A stretch of DNA of 64,000 bases from Candidatus Multivorans sp. (GTDB taxonomy: Bacteria > Acidobacteriota > Thermoanaerobaculia > Multivoradales > Multivoraceae): the NCBI GenBank assembly GCA_965224025.1, contig OZ245033.1, positions 1,792,001 to 1,856,000 on the forward strand, given 5' to 3'. The notes beneath the pieces were generated by a model. It was given only the letters and a program-made list of their open reading frames with translations. It was not told the origin of the DNA and did not search any database. Position numbers and translations under genes: made by a program. Shown here piece after piece: positions 29,553-41,386 of the stretch. The first letter of the stretch is position 1; each line of letters opens with the position of its first letter.

Positions 29553-30575
29553 ATGTCAGCACCCGCTCCCGGCACGCCCGAATGGCTGGCCCAGGTCCAG
29601 GAAGAAACCGTCGACCCGGCCCGGCGGATCGTCGATCCGCACCACCATCTCTGGCGGCGGCCGACCGGCGACTATCTGCTTGAGGATCTGTGGGGCGACA
29701 CGGAGGCGGTCGGAAGCGACGGCGAGAGCCACAACGTCGAAAAGACGGTGTTCGTGGAGTGCCGGGCCTGCTACCGCGAGGACGGCCCGGAGCACCTGCG
29801 CTGCATCGGCGAAACCGAGTTCGTGGCCGGAATCGCCGCCGCCTCCGCCGAGAGCGACGGTGCTGTGATCGCCGGCATCGTGAGCCACGCGAATCTCACC
29901 CTGGGCGAAGAGGTCGCGGAAGTCCTCGACGCGCACGAGGAAGCCGGCGCCGGGCTGTTCCGGGGCATCCGGCACAGCGGCGCCCGCGACCCGCACCCGG
30001 AGGCGCTGCGCATCGCCGGCCGGGCGCCCGAGGGTCTCTACGCGCGCGATGACTTCCGGCGCGGCTTGAGGGTGCTGGGCGAGCGCGGCCTGACCTTCGA
30101 CACCTGGCACTACCACCACCAGAACCGCGACTTCGCGGCACTGGCGCGCGCCGTGCCGGAGACGACGATGATCCTCGACCACTTCGGCACCCCCTTGGGG
30201 GTCGGCCCCTACGCCGACAAACGCGCCGAGATCTTTGAGGCCTGGAAGCGCGACCTCGCGGAGATCGCCGCGTGCCCCAACGTGGTCGCCAAGATCGGCG
30301 GTCTGGCGATGCCGGACAACGGCTTCGGCTGGAGCGAGCGCAGCCTGCCCGCCACGTCCGACGAACTCGTCGCCGCCCAGCGCCGGTACTACCTGCACAC
30401 GATCGAGTGCTTCGGCCCCCAGCGGTGCATGTTCGAGAGCAACTTCCCCGTCGACAAGCTCTCGATCCCGTACCACGTCCTCTACAACGCGCTCAAGAAG
30501 ATCGCGGCCGGGTTCTCCGACGACGAACAGGACGCGATGTTCTACGGCACCGCCGCTCGGGTCTACTCCTTGTGA
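29553..30575 (+). CDS. Amidohydrolase_2 family protein
   Basis: IVDPHHHLW, ILDHFG, MFESNFPVD. Confidence 0.9.
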   Translation: MSAPAPGTPEWLAQVQEETVDPARRIVDPHHHLWRRPTGDYLLEDLWGDTEAVGSDGESHNVEKTVFVECRACYREDGPEHLRCIGETEFVAGIAAASAESDGAVIAGIVSHANLTLGEEVAEVLDAHEEAGAGLFRGIRHSGARDPHPEALRIAGRAPEGLYARDDFRRGLRVLGERGLTFDTWHYHHQNRDFAALARAVPETTMILDHFGTPLGVGPYADKRAEIFEAWKRDLAEIAACPNVVAKIGGLAMPDNGFGWSERSLPATSDELVAAQRRYYLHTIECFGPQRCMFESNFPVDKLSIPYHVLYNALKKIAAGFSDDEQDAMFYGTAARVYSL

Positions 30576-31939
30576 GGTTGCGGCTTCAGGCTGCCGTCTG
30601 CGGCCTGCTGGCCGCGGCGTCCGCCTGGAGCCAGGTCCAGGAGCCGGCGTCCGGCCAACCGCCGGCTCGGCGCTGGACGACTCTCGAACGGCTCGCCCCC
30701 GACCGCCTCGCGGCCGCCCACGCCGAGGTCGAACGGCTGCGCGCCGCCGTCCAACCGCCGCCGCCCATCTTCGGCCTCAACGACTATCGCGGCGTGTTCC
30801 ACGCCCACGCCGGCGACTCGGATCACACCGGCGGCACACCGGAGGAGTTGCTCCGCGACGCGAAACGGATCGGCGTCGACGTGATCTTCCTCTCCGACCA
30901 CCACCGGCCGCCCCGCGACTTCATGGACAGTTGGCGCGGGATTCACGGCGGCGTCCTGTTCATCCCCGGTTCCGAGGCGCACGGCTTCCTGATCCACCCC
31001 GAGGCATCGGTCGCCGAGCACATGGGCAGGGACCCCGCGACCCTGCTCCGCCAGGTGAACCGCGGCGCCGGCATGGCCTTCCTCTCCCACGTCGAAGAGC
31101 GGGTCGAGCATCGGATGGAAGGCTTGACCGGCATGGAGATCTACAACCGCCACGCCGACGCCCTCGACGACGGCGACTCGATGCGTGCCCTGGTCGCCTG
31201 GACGATCGATCCCGGCCAGTCGCGCGTCCTGGCCCGGTCCGTCGAGCTCTATCCCGAAGCGGTGTTCGGCGCCCAGTTCGACTATCCCGCCCTCTACCTT
31301 GACAAGTGGGACCGCGAGACCGCCAACCGGCGGGTCGTCGGCGTCAACGCGAACGACTGCCACCACAACCAGGTCTTCCTCGTGATCAAGGTCGACGACG
31401 ACTCCGTCCGCGTCGGCACGATCGTCGACGACCCCGACGAGATGAGAGTCCTGACGACGGCTGACGCGCCCCGAATCCCCGAACTCGTGCGCGGCCACAA
31501 ACCCGGCGCCGTGGTTGGCCGCTACGACCTCGACCCCTACTGGGTCTCAATGCGCAACTCGACGACCCACATCCTCGCCCCGGAGCTCACCGAAGAGTCC
31601 ATCCGCACCGCCGTCGCCGCCGGCCACGTGTACGTCGCCCACGACTGGCTGGCCGACCCGACCGGCTTCTCCTTCTATATCGTTGAAGCCGGAGAGGCAG
31701 CCGCGATCATGGGCGACGAATGGACTCTGGAAGCCGACGCAACCACTGAACTCAAGGCCCACTTCCCCTTACCCGCAACCATCCGCCTCATCCGCAACGG
31801 CGAGGAGGTCGCCGTCACCGACGCCCGATCCTTCACCCACCGGCTCGACCAGCCCGGCGTCTACCGCATTGAAGGCTGGCTTGAAGTCGGCGGCGAAAGG
31901 CGGACGTGGATCTACTCGAATCCGGTGTATGTGAAGTAA
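30572..31939 (+). CDS. Secreted PHP-like (CehA/McbA-type) metallohydrolase
   Basis: GTG start overlapping the upstream stop; FHAHAGDSDH, LSDH, EIYNRH, NDCH, WIYSNPVYV. Confidence 0.8.
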   Translation: MRLRLQAAVCGLLAAASAWSQVQEPASGQPPARRWTTLERLAPDRLAAAHAEVERLRAAVQPPPPIFGLNDYRGVFHAHAGDSDHTGGTPEELLRDAKRIGVDVIFLSDHHRPPRDFMDSWRGIHGGVLFIPGSEAHGFLIHPEASVAEHMGRDPATLLRQVNRGAGMAFLSHVEERVEHRMEGLTGMEIYNRHADALDDGDSMRALVAWTIDPGQSRVLARSVELYPEAVFGAQFDYPALYLDKWDRETANRRVVGVNANDCHHNQVFLVIKVDDDSVRVGTIVDDPDEMRVLTTADAPRIPELVRGHKPGAVVGRYDLDPYWVSMRNSTTHILAPELTEESIRTAVAAGHVYVAHDWLADPTGFSFYIVEAGEAAAIMGDEWTLEADATTELKAHFPLPATIRLIRNGEEVAVTDARSFTHRLDQPGVYRIEGWLEVGGERRTWIYSNPVYVK

Positions 31940-32029
31940 GGCGAGAGCCTCATCTGGACTGCCGCCCTCGGCGACCAAGCGCCCGGAACACCGCCGGCGG
32001 CCAGCCAGAACGCCGCCAGCAACCTTGAC

Positions 32030-32212
32030 TCAGTTCTCGGAGTTGCCTCGTCGCCGCGATTCCTGGATCATCACCAGGTGTGGCTCCCAGTCCGGCTCGA
32101 CTACGGGAGTCTGACCCACATCAGACTGGCGGAAGAAGTCCTGAAGCTCGGCAACCGACTTGAAGGGACGGCGGTTCTGCTGCCGTCGGTCGCTTCGCGA
32201 TTCTCTACGCAT
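32030..32212 (-). pseudogene. Small hypothetical (possibly antitoxin-like) C-terminal fragment
   Basis: ELQDFF…EPDWEPHLVMIQESRR segment; no clear start. Confidence 0.3.
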
Positions 32213-32360
32213 TTGGAGACCCCCTCGTCAATCACTGAACGCAGGACTCTAGGCCTCACGAATCCAACTGAGCAACCAAGGGTCCAAGGTTCTCCCGTCT
32301 GGCCCTTCGACGCACGAGCCAGAGCTGCGGCCAGCGGAACGCCACGCAGACGCCACTCCA

Positions 32361-32601
32361 GCCTGGGCGAGCGCCGGAAGGCCGTCCCAGCGAGCTGTCG
32401 GCAAGCGACGGCCGATGCCCGTGCATCGACTGACGCTCAACCGGAGCGCAGCCGACCGCAGCGAGCGCCAGCCTCTCATCGTCCGAACAAGCGCGAACCC
32501 GGGTGGCGCGATCCGCGCCACCCGTGAACCAGTCCGTGTGCCCGTCATCGGGCGCACGGATGGCGCCGCCGCAGGGACGGCCTTCCGGCGCTCGCCCAGG
32601 C
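32361..32601. repeat. MITE/BIME-like element with 28-bp perfect inverted repeats enclosing REP copy 2
   Basis: GCCTGGGCGAGCGCCGGAAGGCCGTCCC (32361-32388) and its reverse complement (32574-32601). Confidence 0.75.
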
Positions 32602-32628
32602 GGGTGTAACCGACGCCGCTGCGCTCGG

Positions 32629-33903
<1,275 letters not shown>

Positions 33904-34269
33904 GGCTCTCTTGCTCCTTCTTCCCAGATAGAGGGCTCTGTGATTTGAGGCCGCGAAGCTATCGCACCGGCCGGCGGACGCCACATTCCGAGCGCCGCGG
34001 GCGCCACTCTGGCGGCCGGTGATTCAAGAACCGGAATCGGAAAACCGAATCCCGGATCCGCCGGATCCAGCGATTCGCAGAAACGTCTCCAAGACAGTGA
34101 ATTGACGATCCGGGCCCCTGCGTGACATCAAACACCCGAATTATGGAAAAGCCGCGCAAGAACAACACTAAATCGCCTGACCGAGCGCTTGTCCGGCTCT
34201 CGTCACAAAGGCTGGCATCCACCTTGCTCCAGGTCTCGTCATGCCCCACAAGCAGGAGGACCTTCCGTA

Positions 34270-37011
34270 GTGTCACATCACCAAGACAACCCCAGAGGAA
34301 ACCGCTCCGGCCTCAGCCGAAGCGCGATCCTGGGGCTATGCGCCGTACTGGCGCTTGCGTTTCTTGCCGCCCCGACGGCCGCGCAGCTCACCGGCCGTCT
34401 GGCCGGACAGGTGCAGGACGCCGACGGCGCCGCACTTCCCGGCGTCGCCGTTACCGTCAACTCGCCCAACCTGATGGGCACCCGAACCGACTTCACGGAC
34501 GAAGACGGCGGGTTCAGCTTCCCCAGTCTGCCGCCGGGCGTCTACACGATCGACGCCGAACTTGACGGCTTCATTCCGCAGAGACGGACAGAGATCGAGG
34601 TTAGCGTCAGCGGAGCCGTTGAGCTCCACATCTCCATGCCCGTAGGCGAGTTCGGCGAAGAGGTGACGGTCACAGCCGAGACTCCAGTCGTCGATCCGGA
34701 GCAGGTGTCTACGTCCTACCACTTCTCCACCGAGTACCTCCAGAAGGCGTCAGTGGGCTCGATCCGACGCAGCTATCAGAGCGTCCTGCAGCAGGCCGCC
34801 GGCGTTGCGGGAGGCGCCAACCCAAACGTCTTCGGTTCGACACTGGGCGAGAACACCTGGATCGTCGATGGCGTCGACACCACCGACCCGGTGACCGCAA
34901 CCTTCAACATCAACCTAGGCTTCGACTCCTTGCACGTCGTCGACTTCGAAACCGGCGGATACGAGGCGAAGTACGGTCGGGCCACCGGTGGCATCGTCAA
35001 TGCCGTGACCAAGTCCGGGGGCAACCAGTTCTCGGGCACGGCCGACATCCGCTACCGGGACACGGACTTCACCACAAGTGGAGAGCACTTCGACCCGGAA
35101 CAGAACATCTCGGAACGCCGGAACCCCGAGTTCACCTTCGGCGGCCCGTTTCAGCGGGACAGGCTCTGGTTCTTCAGTTCATTCATGCCCGTCCGTTCCA
35201 AAAGCACACCCACTGAGTCGTTACTCACCAGGGACTTTGAAGGAACAAACCTCCTGGGAAAGATCACCTGGCAAGCCAATCCGGAGTGGCAGATCGTGGC
35301 GCGCTACCTCGGCGAGGATGCGACAATCGACAACTCGAACGCCTCCAGGTTCGTGGCACCCGAAGCCGCGAGCTTCCAGGAGCAGCCGGCCAGCATCTCC
35401 GGCTTCGAAATCCTCGGAGTTCCGACATCGAACCTCCAGTGGTTCCTCAAGGCCGGCCTGCTGCGCAGCGAGTTGAACGTCTTTCCGCGGAGCGGTGACT
35501 TCGACACAATCGGACATACTGACAGAGTAACGAGCGTCTCCACGATGAACTACACTAACCAGCAGTTCTCGAATCGCGACCGCGACGATCTAGCGACCAA
35601 CCTGACCTGGTTCACGGATGGCGCAGCGGGCGATCACGAGCTCCAGTTAGGCCTGGAGTACGCCGGCAACCTGTTCCGCACCCGCAACGACGCTACAGGC
35701 GGAGGCTATTCGTATTCGGATAGTAGCGGTTCGCCTTTCATTCTGAACTTCTCGCCGCTCGATCCCTTTCTCGAGTACGACTCCGAGTTGCACTCGGCTT
35801 ACCTCCAAGACACGTGGCGGCTCGGTAACGTAACCCTGAAAGCGGGACTACGCCACGACCGGATCTCGTTCACCAACGACATCGGCACCGAAGTGACTGA
35901 TCTGTCGCAGCTGCAGCCTCGCCTCGGTGTAGCTTGGGACGTGAATGGTGATTCCAGAACTGTTGCCCGGGCGAGCTGGACCCGCGCCATGCACCCGAAC
36001 GCACTGACGCTGCCGAGTTTCGCCCGAGTGAGACGAACGCCCTCGATGCGCTATCTGTCGTGCTCCACTTTCTCCGCACGATTCCTTGGAGTCCTGCCAG
36101 GACACTGTGCCGCAGCAGCGCCCGGCGTGAGGACGGTTGGCGATTTCACCGTGTCGAACTGGATCGCGGATCCGTCGGGAGGCTTCGACGCCCACGGCTG
36201 GTTCTTCTTCGACTCGTTCTCGAGCCAGCCCGCCACAGTCCAGCCAGGGCTCGACCCTACCTATGCGGAGTCCTTGATCGTAGCTGTCGAGCGGGAACTT
36301 ACCCGCCGCACTTCGATCGCGCTCACCTACGTGGACAAGGAGACTCTCGACATTTTCGAGGACACCTGCAACGGCAATGTGCCGGCGCCAGTGGCGGGCG
36401 CGGACTGCACTTTCTACACGATGGTGAATCTTCCTGGGGCCACTCGCGACTACAGCGGAGTCATAGTCGACTTCGAGTCACGGTTCGCCGACTGGTTCCA
36501 AGTCCTCGCCTCGTACACTCGATCGGAATCGAAGGGTAACGTCGAATACACACAGAACGCCGGGATAGCTTTCGACATCTTCCCCGATCACTTCCACAAT
36601 CGCTACGGCTTCCTCAGCGATCACCGCAAGCATCGGGTGAAGATCAACGGCTACGTCGAGCTCCCGCTCGACTTTGGTCTCGGCGTCATCGGCTTCTGGT
36701 CATCTCCGTTCGTGTACTCTGCTGCCCAAGCGCAGCAGGATCCGTCGTCGTACGGCCTCGACTACACCGAGCCCCGGGGCAGCCGCGAGGCGAACGAGAA
36801 CTACCGTCTCGACCTGGAGGTTCGGAAGGGCTTCAACTTCGGCAACCGCCTGCGGTTCCAGTTGATCGCCGCGGTTTACAACGTCTTCGATCAGGAGCAG
36901 GTCACCGGAGTCTGCAGTCGGCTTGAAGGCTGCGGCACGGTTGCTTTCGGAGACGCGACAACTTTCCGACAGCCGAGGAACTACGAAGCCGGAATCCGCT
37001 TCGAGTTCTAG
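34270..37011 (+). CDS. TonB-dependent receptor with carboxypeptidase-regulatory-like N-domain (Oar-like)
   Basis: RBS AGGAGGA; GQVQDADGAALPGVAV…, AKYGRATGGIVNAVTKSGGN, QPRLGVAWD, terminal RFEF. Confidence 0.92.
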   Translation: MSHHQDNPRGNRSGLSRSAILGLCAVLALAFLAAPTAAQLTGRLAGQVQDADGAALPGVAVTVNSPNLMGTRTDFTDEDGGFSFPSLPPGVYTIDAELDGFIPQRRTEIEVSVSGAVELHISMPVGEFGEEVTVTAETPVVDPEQVSTSYHFSTEYLQKASVGSIRRSYQSVLQQAAGVAGGANPNVFGSTLGENTWIVDGVDTTDPVTATFNINLGFDSLHVVDFETGGYEAKYGRATGGIVNAVTKSGGNQFSGTADIRYRDTDFTTSGEHFDPEQNISERRNPEFTFGGPFQRDRLWFFSSFMPVRSKSTPTESLLTRDFEGTNLLGKITWQANPEWQIVARYLGEDATIDNSNASRFVAPEAASFQEQPASISGFEILGVPTSNLQWFLKAGLLRSELNVFPRSGDFDTIGHTDRVTSVSTMNYTNQQFSNRDRDDLATNLTWFTDGAAGDHELQLGLEYAGNLFRTRNDATGGGYSYSDSSGSPFILNFSPLDPFLEYDSELHSAYLQDTWRLGNVTLKAGLRHDRISFTNDIGTEVTDLSQLQPRLGVAWDVNGDSRTVARASWTRAMHPNALTLPSFARVRRTPSMRYLSCSTFSARFLGVLPGHCAAAAPGVRTVGDFTVSNWIADPSGGFDAHGWFFFDSFSSQPATVQPGLDPTYAESLIVAVERELTRRTSIALTYVDKETLDIFEDTCNGNVPAPVAGADCTFYTMVNLPGATRDYSGVIVDFESRFADWFQVLASYTRSESKGNVEYTQNAGIAFDIFPDHFHNRYGFLSDHRKHRVKINGYVELPLDFGLGVIGFWSSPFVYSAAQAQQDPSSYGLDYTEPRGSREANENYRLDLEVRKGFNFGNRLRFQLIAAVYNVFDQEQVTGVCSRLEGCGTVAFGDATTFRQPRNYEAGIRFEF

Positions 37012-37115
37012 AGGAGCTAGAGCGGCTCAAAGCGCGAAGGGCCCGGTGTCTCGCATTGTCGAGGCGCCGGGCTCTGGTGGGCTATCCACCCAAACATGAA
37101 GGAGGCAAAGATAGG

Positions 37116-37553
37116 ATGTTGACGTCTCTTCTTGCTCTTGTCGCGATTGCCACACCAGCCGTTGCGGACGGCCCTGAGGTTTCTCAAAGCAATTCTACTC
37201 AGAGGACACTCCAGACCAGCCGAAACTTGTACGGAAGCGCTGCGCTCGGAGCATTCTCGCTGAGCCAAACAACGCGATGGACCGCGCTTCGAGGTGCAAG
37301 TGGCCTTCTCTTCCCGGCCATTTCCGCGCTCGCTACTGGGTCGGCGTCGGATACTGAGGACGATCCGCCTTGTTCACCAGACGACCCGGCTCAGCACCCA
37401 TGCATGCGACCGGAGCCGCCACCGCCGCTCGTACGCGAGTACGTGGATGGCTATTGCATCTACCGGTACTACTTGGCGGAAACCAGTAATCCTTTCGTCG
37501 AACGCAGGGTGATCGGCTGGTGGCGCTGTTGGAAAGGGACGGGAACCGACTGA
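37116..37553 (+). CDS. Small secreted hypothetical protein with 4 Cys
   Basis: GGAGG RBS, signal peptide, C-terminal CSPDD…HPC…YCIY…WWRCW. Confidence 0.5.
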   Translation: MLTSLLALVAIATPAVADGPEVSQSNSTQRTLQTSRNLYGSAALGAFSLSQTTRWTALRGASGLLFPAISALATGSASDTEDDPPCSPDDPAQHPCMRPEPPPPLVREYVDGYCIYRYYLAETSNPFVERRVIGWWRCWKGTGTD

Positions 37554-37677
37554 GATTAGCGAAGGCCGCCGGAGCGCTCGACTCCATCCACCTCTAAGCC
37601 TAGAGCTCGGCCTCTTCCCTCGCGCGCGCCTTGCGGATATTCGTGTTGTCCCAATCGGAAGGAGAAAGGGAGTCTCA

Positions 37678-39148
37678 ATGAGGCTTGGAGCCGCAGCCGC
37701 CGTCGCCTTGTTCATCGCAGCCGTCCCACTGCGGGGACAGGAGAGTCCGTTGCCGGACCTGTTCTCGGACGTGATCGATGTCCGGATCGTCAACGTCGAA
37801 GCCGTCGTCACCGACAGGAAGGGAAACCGGATTCGCGGGCTTGAGGCCAGCGACTTCGACCTCCGGATCGACGGTAAATCCGTGCCGATCGACTACTTCA
37901 CCGAGATCCACGACGGGCGCGCGCTGGCGCCTTCCGATGACGAAGTCGGCAGCGTACCGTCTCTGGAGCCGGAGCAACCTGCGCGTACGAGCTATCTGAT
38001 CTTCATCGACGATCGGTTCGCGATCAAGCAGCGTAGAGACCGCGTGCTGAAACGTCTCCAACAGGATCTGGCGCGGCTCGGACCCGCCGATCAACTGGCG
38101 CTGGTGGCCTACGATGGCAGCGACCTCACGCTGATCACGGACTGGACCAGCGCACGTGACCAGATCGAGGACGGGTTGCTGCAGGCAAGAAGCCGCAAGT
38201 CGCGCGGCCTGCAGCTCTACACGTTCAACACGGGCGTAGACCGGTTCGACGCTACACGGCGATCGGTGATGGCCGCCGCGGGCGCCGTGCGCAGCTTCGC
38301 CACCTCACCGGGCCGCAAGGTGATGCTGCTGCTGACCGAAGGCTGGGTCACCGCGGACAACCCCTGGGTGCTGGACGGGCTCTACGGTCCGCTCGTCACC
38401 GCCGCGAACCTGGTCGGCTACAGCCTCTACCCCATCGACCTTCCGGGCCTCGAGCCCCCCGGGATGATCTTCGCGAGCCGGTCTAGAGGACTTACCGGAC
38501 GGGAACGGAGGTGGCACGACGTTCTCCGGTTCCTTGCCGAGGAGACCGGCGGATTGCCAATGCTCAACGCGTTCCGCGAAAAGGCGCTCGCCGAGGCGGT
38601 CGAGGACACTCGCTCTTACTACTGGCTGGGATTCGAGCCTCCGCGCAGACGACAGCCTGCACGACATCCGTATCCGGCTGCCCGACCACCGCGGCCTCCG
38701 GATCCGGACCCGCGAGAGCTACGTGGATATGTCCAAGGGAGCCGAGCTCTCGATGCTGGTCGAGGGCGCCCTGCTGTTCGGCGGCTCGCCCGGCACCGAG
38801 TCCCTGGGCGTGAGCTTCGGCACGCCGAGAAAAGCCGGCTTCCGAAAGCTCCTGGTGCCGATGAAGGTGACGGTACTGCTCGACGACGTGGAACTGCTCC
38901 CGATCGACGGCCAGTGGATGAACGAGCTGGACTTCCGGATCCGACTCATGGACAAGTACGGTGATCAGGTCGTGCCACCGACCGCGACGGTCCCCGTGGC
39001 CATCCCGAAGGAGCCCCTGCCGGGCGACCGGCTCGTCTTCGAAACGGACCTGCACATCCGCAAGCGCAAGCACCGCTTCGTCGCGGCAGTGTACGACCCG
39101 CTGACCGGGGAGCTGCTGTCGACGACCGGCACCGTCGGGCCCAGGTAG
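37678..39148 (+). pseudogene. VWFA-related acidobacterial protein, frameshifted at ~38645
   Basis: VRIVNVEAVVTD…, GRKVMLLLTEG, YYWLGFEP; then ADDSLHDIRIRL… continues in the 38534-39148 frame. Confidence 0.8.
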
Positions 39149-39298
39149 AGCGACCTTTGAAACGAGAAGGTCCAGCCCGCGCGACTCACCGACGTCCTGC
39201 TGCGGCCTTGCTGGAAGGGCGCCTGACCGCTCTCGGTGCAGCACGGACTTCCGCGGCGGGGCTGCTGGGCCTGTCGCCAGGCAGCCGACGAGCCGCCT

Positions 39299-39835
39299 TC
39301 AGCCCATCTCGACAGCGCGAGGCCGGCACAGCTCGCGCAGCCGGCCTGCATCGTTCTCGTTCAGGCGATGAATCCGCAACAGCAACCGGCCCTCGGCGAC
39401 GTGACGGTCGAGTTCCGAAGCCTGGCCGCGGCGGCCGCGGATCGACCTTCCCGGTAGTAGCCCGCCCTCCCAGAGCACCCGCAGGACGGTCATCAGGATC
39501 AATCCGAGCGCGGTGCCTTCATAGGTGACGACGCCGACCGGCGGACCGGCGACGATCGACATGCCGCCGGTCGGCAGCGGGTACGCGAGGGCGGTCCCGG
39601 CCGCCAGACCGAAGGCGGTCAGACCGCCGAGCACGGCGCCGGCGAGCGCAAACAGCAGGACCCGGGACTTCGGCTTCGGCAGCGGCAGTTCGTCTTCTTC
39701 CAGCGGCGCGGGGCTGCGCACTTCGACCTTGGAAGCCGCGACACCCGACTCGAGCGCGGCTTCCACGACCGCCCGCAGGTCCGCGACCTGCTCGAATGCC
39801 GCTTCGACCAGATGACGCTCCGCCGCCGCCGTCAT
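39299..39835 (-). CDS. ActD-like (DUF3341) membrane subunit
   Basis: EVRSPAPL, two TMs, YPLPTGGMS…PPVGVVTYE. Confidence 0.75.
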   Translation of the reverse strand: MTAAAERHLVEAAFEQVADLRAVVEAALESGVAASKVEVRSPAPLEEDELPLPKPKSRVLLFALAGAVLGGLTAFGLAAGTALAYPLPTGGMSIVAGPPVGVVTYEGTALGLILMTVLRVLWEGGLLPGRSIRGRRGQASELDRHVAEGRLLLRIHRLNENDAGRLRELCRPRAVEMG

Positions 39836-41295
39836 GCCGCACCTCCACCGGGTATCGGCGCCGCCGGCGTCGCGGAGGCCGGCGCGGCATCGGCGGTCGC
39901 CGCCCCACGAAGTCGCCGTCCCGGATCGCCATTCCGGTTCACGTCGTCGGTGCCGCTCGCAGCACCACCGCCCTCTTCGCCGCCAGAGTGGCGCCAGCCC
40001 TCGCGCATCTCCCACACGGAGACGATCGGCAGCAACTGGGTGAACGTGAAGTAGAGACAGGCGAACACGCCGACCGCCCCGATCATGATTCCGAACTCCA
40101 CCCAGCTCGGCATGTAGTCGCCGACGCTGTACGCCAGCCGCGGCGTGGACAGGGACGGCACGACGATCAGGAACCGTTCGAGCCACATGCCGACCAGCAC
40201 GCCGCAACCGACCAGGGCGGTCGGCAACGGCCGCCGGCCGCGCGGGAAGGAGAGCACGGCCACAGGGATCACGAGGTTCACCACCACCATGGTCCAGAAC
40301 GGCAAGGCGAAGTCGCCGTGCAGCAGAACGTGATGCACCAGTTTCTCGGGCAGGTCGCCGCTGTACCAGACCGTCAGGTGCTCGGCGAACGTGAAGTAGC
40401 CCCAGACCAGGGACATGGTCACGAACAGGAGTCCGAGGTTGTTGAACACGCGGTCGGTCAGGAAGCGCCCGAGCCCGAGACCGCGGCGGAGCAGCGCCAT
40501 CGCGATCATGAGCACCGCGATCCCCGAGAAGATCGCGCCGACGACGAAGTAGGGGCCGAAGATCGTGCTCTTCCAGCCCGGCGTCCGGGTCATCGCGAAG
40601 TCCCAGGAGACGATCGTGTGCACGGAGACGGCGACCGGGATGATCGCGACCGCCAGAATGCGGATTCCCCACTCCAGGCTGTGCCACTGCTGCGCGGTGC
40701 CTCGCCAGCCGAGAGCGAGCATCGCGTAGAAGCGCTTCCTGAGACCCGCCGCCGCGCGGTCCCGCATCACCGCCGCATCCGGAATCAGGGGCAGGAACAG
40801 GTAGAGCGCGCTGCCGATGATGTAGGTCGTGATCGCGGCGATGTCCCAGACCAGGGGCGAGCGGAAGTTCGGCCACAGCATCCGGCTGTTCGGGTACGGG
40901 ATCATGTAGTAGAAGATCGCGACCCGGCCGAGGTGAATCAGCGGGAACAGACCGCCGATGGCGAGCGCGAACAGCGTGATCGCCTCCGCCGATCGGGTCA
41001 CCGGCCGCCGCCACTCCGCCTTGGTCACCCGCAGGATCGCCGAGATCAGCGTGCCGGCGTGGCTGATGCCGATCCAGAAGACGAAGTTGATGATGTGGAA
41101 GCCCCAGAACACCGGCCGGTTGATGCCGGTGACGCCGATGCCGTTCGCGATCTGGTAGCCCCAGCAGTAGAGGAAGACCAGGGCCAGCGCGCCGCTCGCC
41201 AGCGAGCCGGCCAGCAAGCCCGGACGGCGCCGGTCGAGGCGGCCGAGCAGCTCGCCGTCGAGCGTTGCCGCGCGGTTCTCGGTCCGATCCGTCAC
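39832..41295 (-). CDS. NrfD/PsrC-family membrane subunit (ActC/QrcD-like)
   Basis: NFVFWIGISHAGTLISAIL, WRRPVTRSAE, NFRSPLVWD, VSVHTIVSWDFA. Confidence 0.92.
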   Translation of the reverse strand: MTDRTENRAATLDGELLGRLDRRRPGLLAGSLASGALALVFLYCWGYQIANGIGVTGINRPVFWGFHIINFVFWIGISHAGTLISAILRVTKAEWRRPVTRSAEAITLFALAIGGLFPLIHLGRVAIFYYMIPYPNSRMLWPNFRSPLVWDIAAITTYIIGSALYLFLPLIPDAAVMRDRAAAGLRKRFYAMLALGWRGTAQQWHSLEWGIRILAVAIIPVAVSVHTIVSWDFAMTRTPGWKSTIFGPYFVVGAIFSGIAVLMIAMALLRRGLGLGRFLTDRVFNNLGLLFVTMSLVWGYFTFAEHLTVWYSGDLPEKLVHHVLLHGDFALPFWTMVVVNLVIPVAVLSFPRGRRPLPTALVGCGVLVGMWLERFLIVVPSLSTPRLAYSVGDYMPSWVEFGIMIGAVGVFACLYFTFTQLLPIVSVWEMREGWRHSGGEEGGGAASGTDDVNRNGDPGRRLRGAATADAAPASATPAAPIPGGGAA

Positions 41296-41386
41296 CCGAA
41301 CCTCTCCCGCCGCACCGGCCCGCCGAAGCAGCCGCGTTCAGGGCGCGCGCTGAACGTCGAGGCCAGATCGTCGAACGGCCTGCCGC

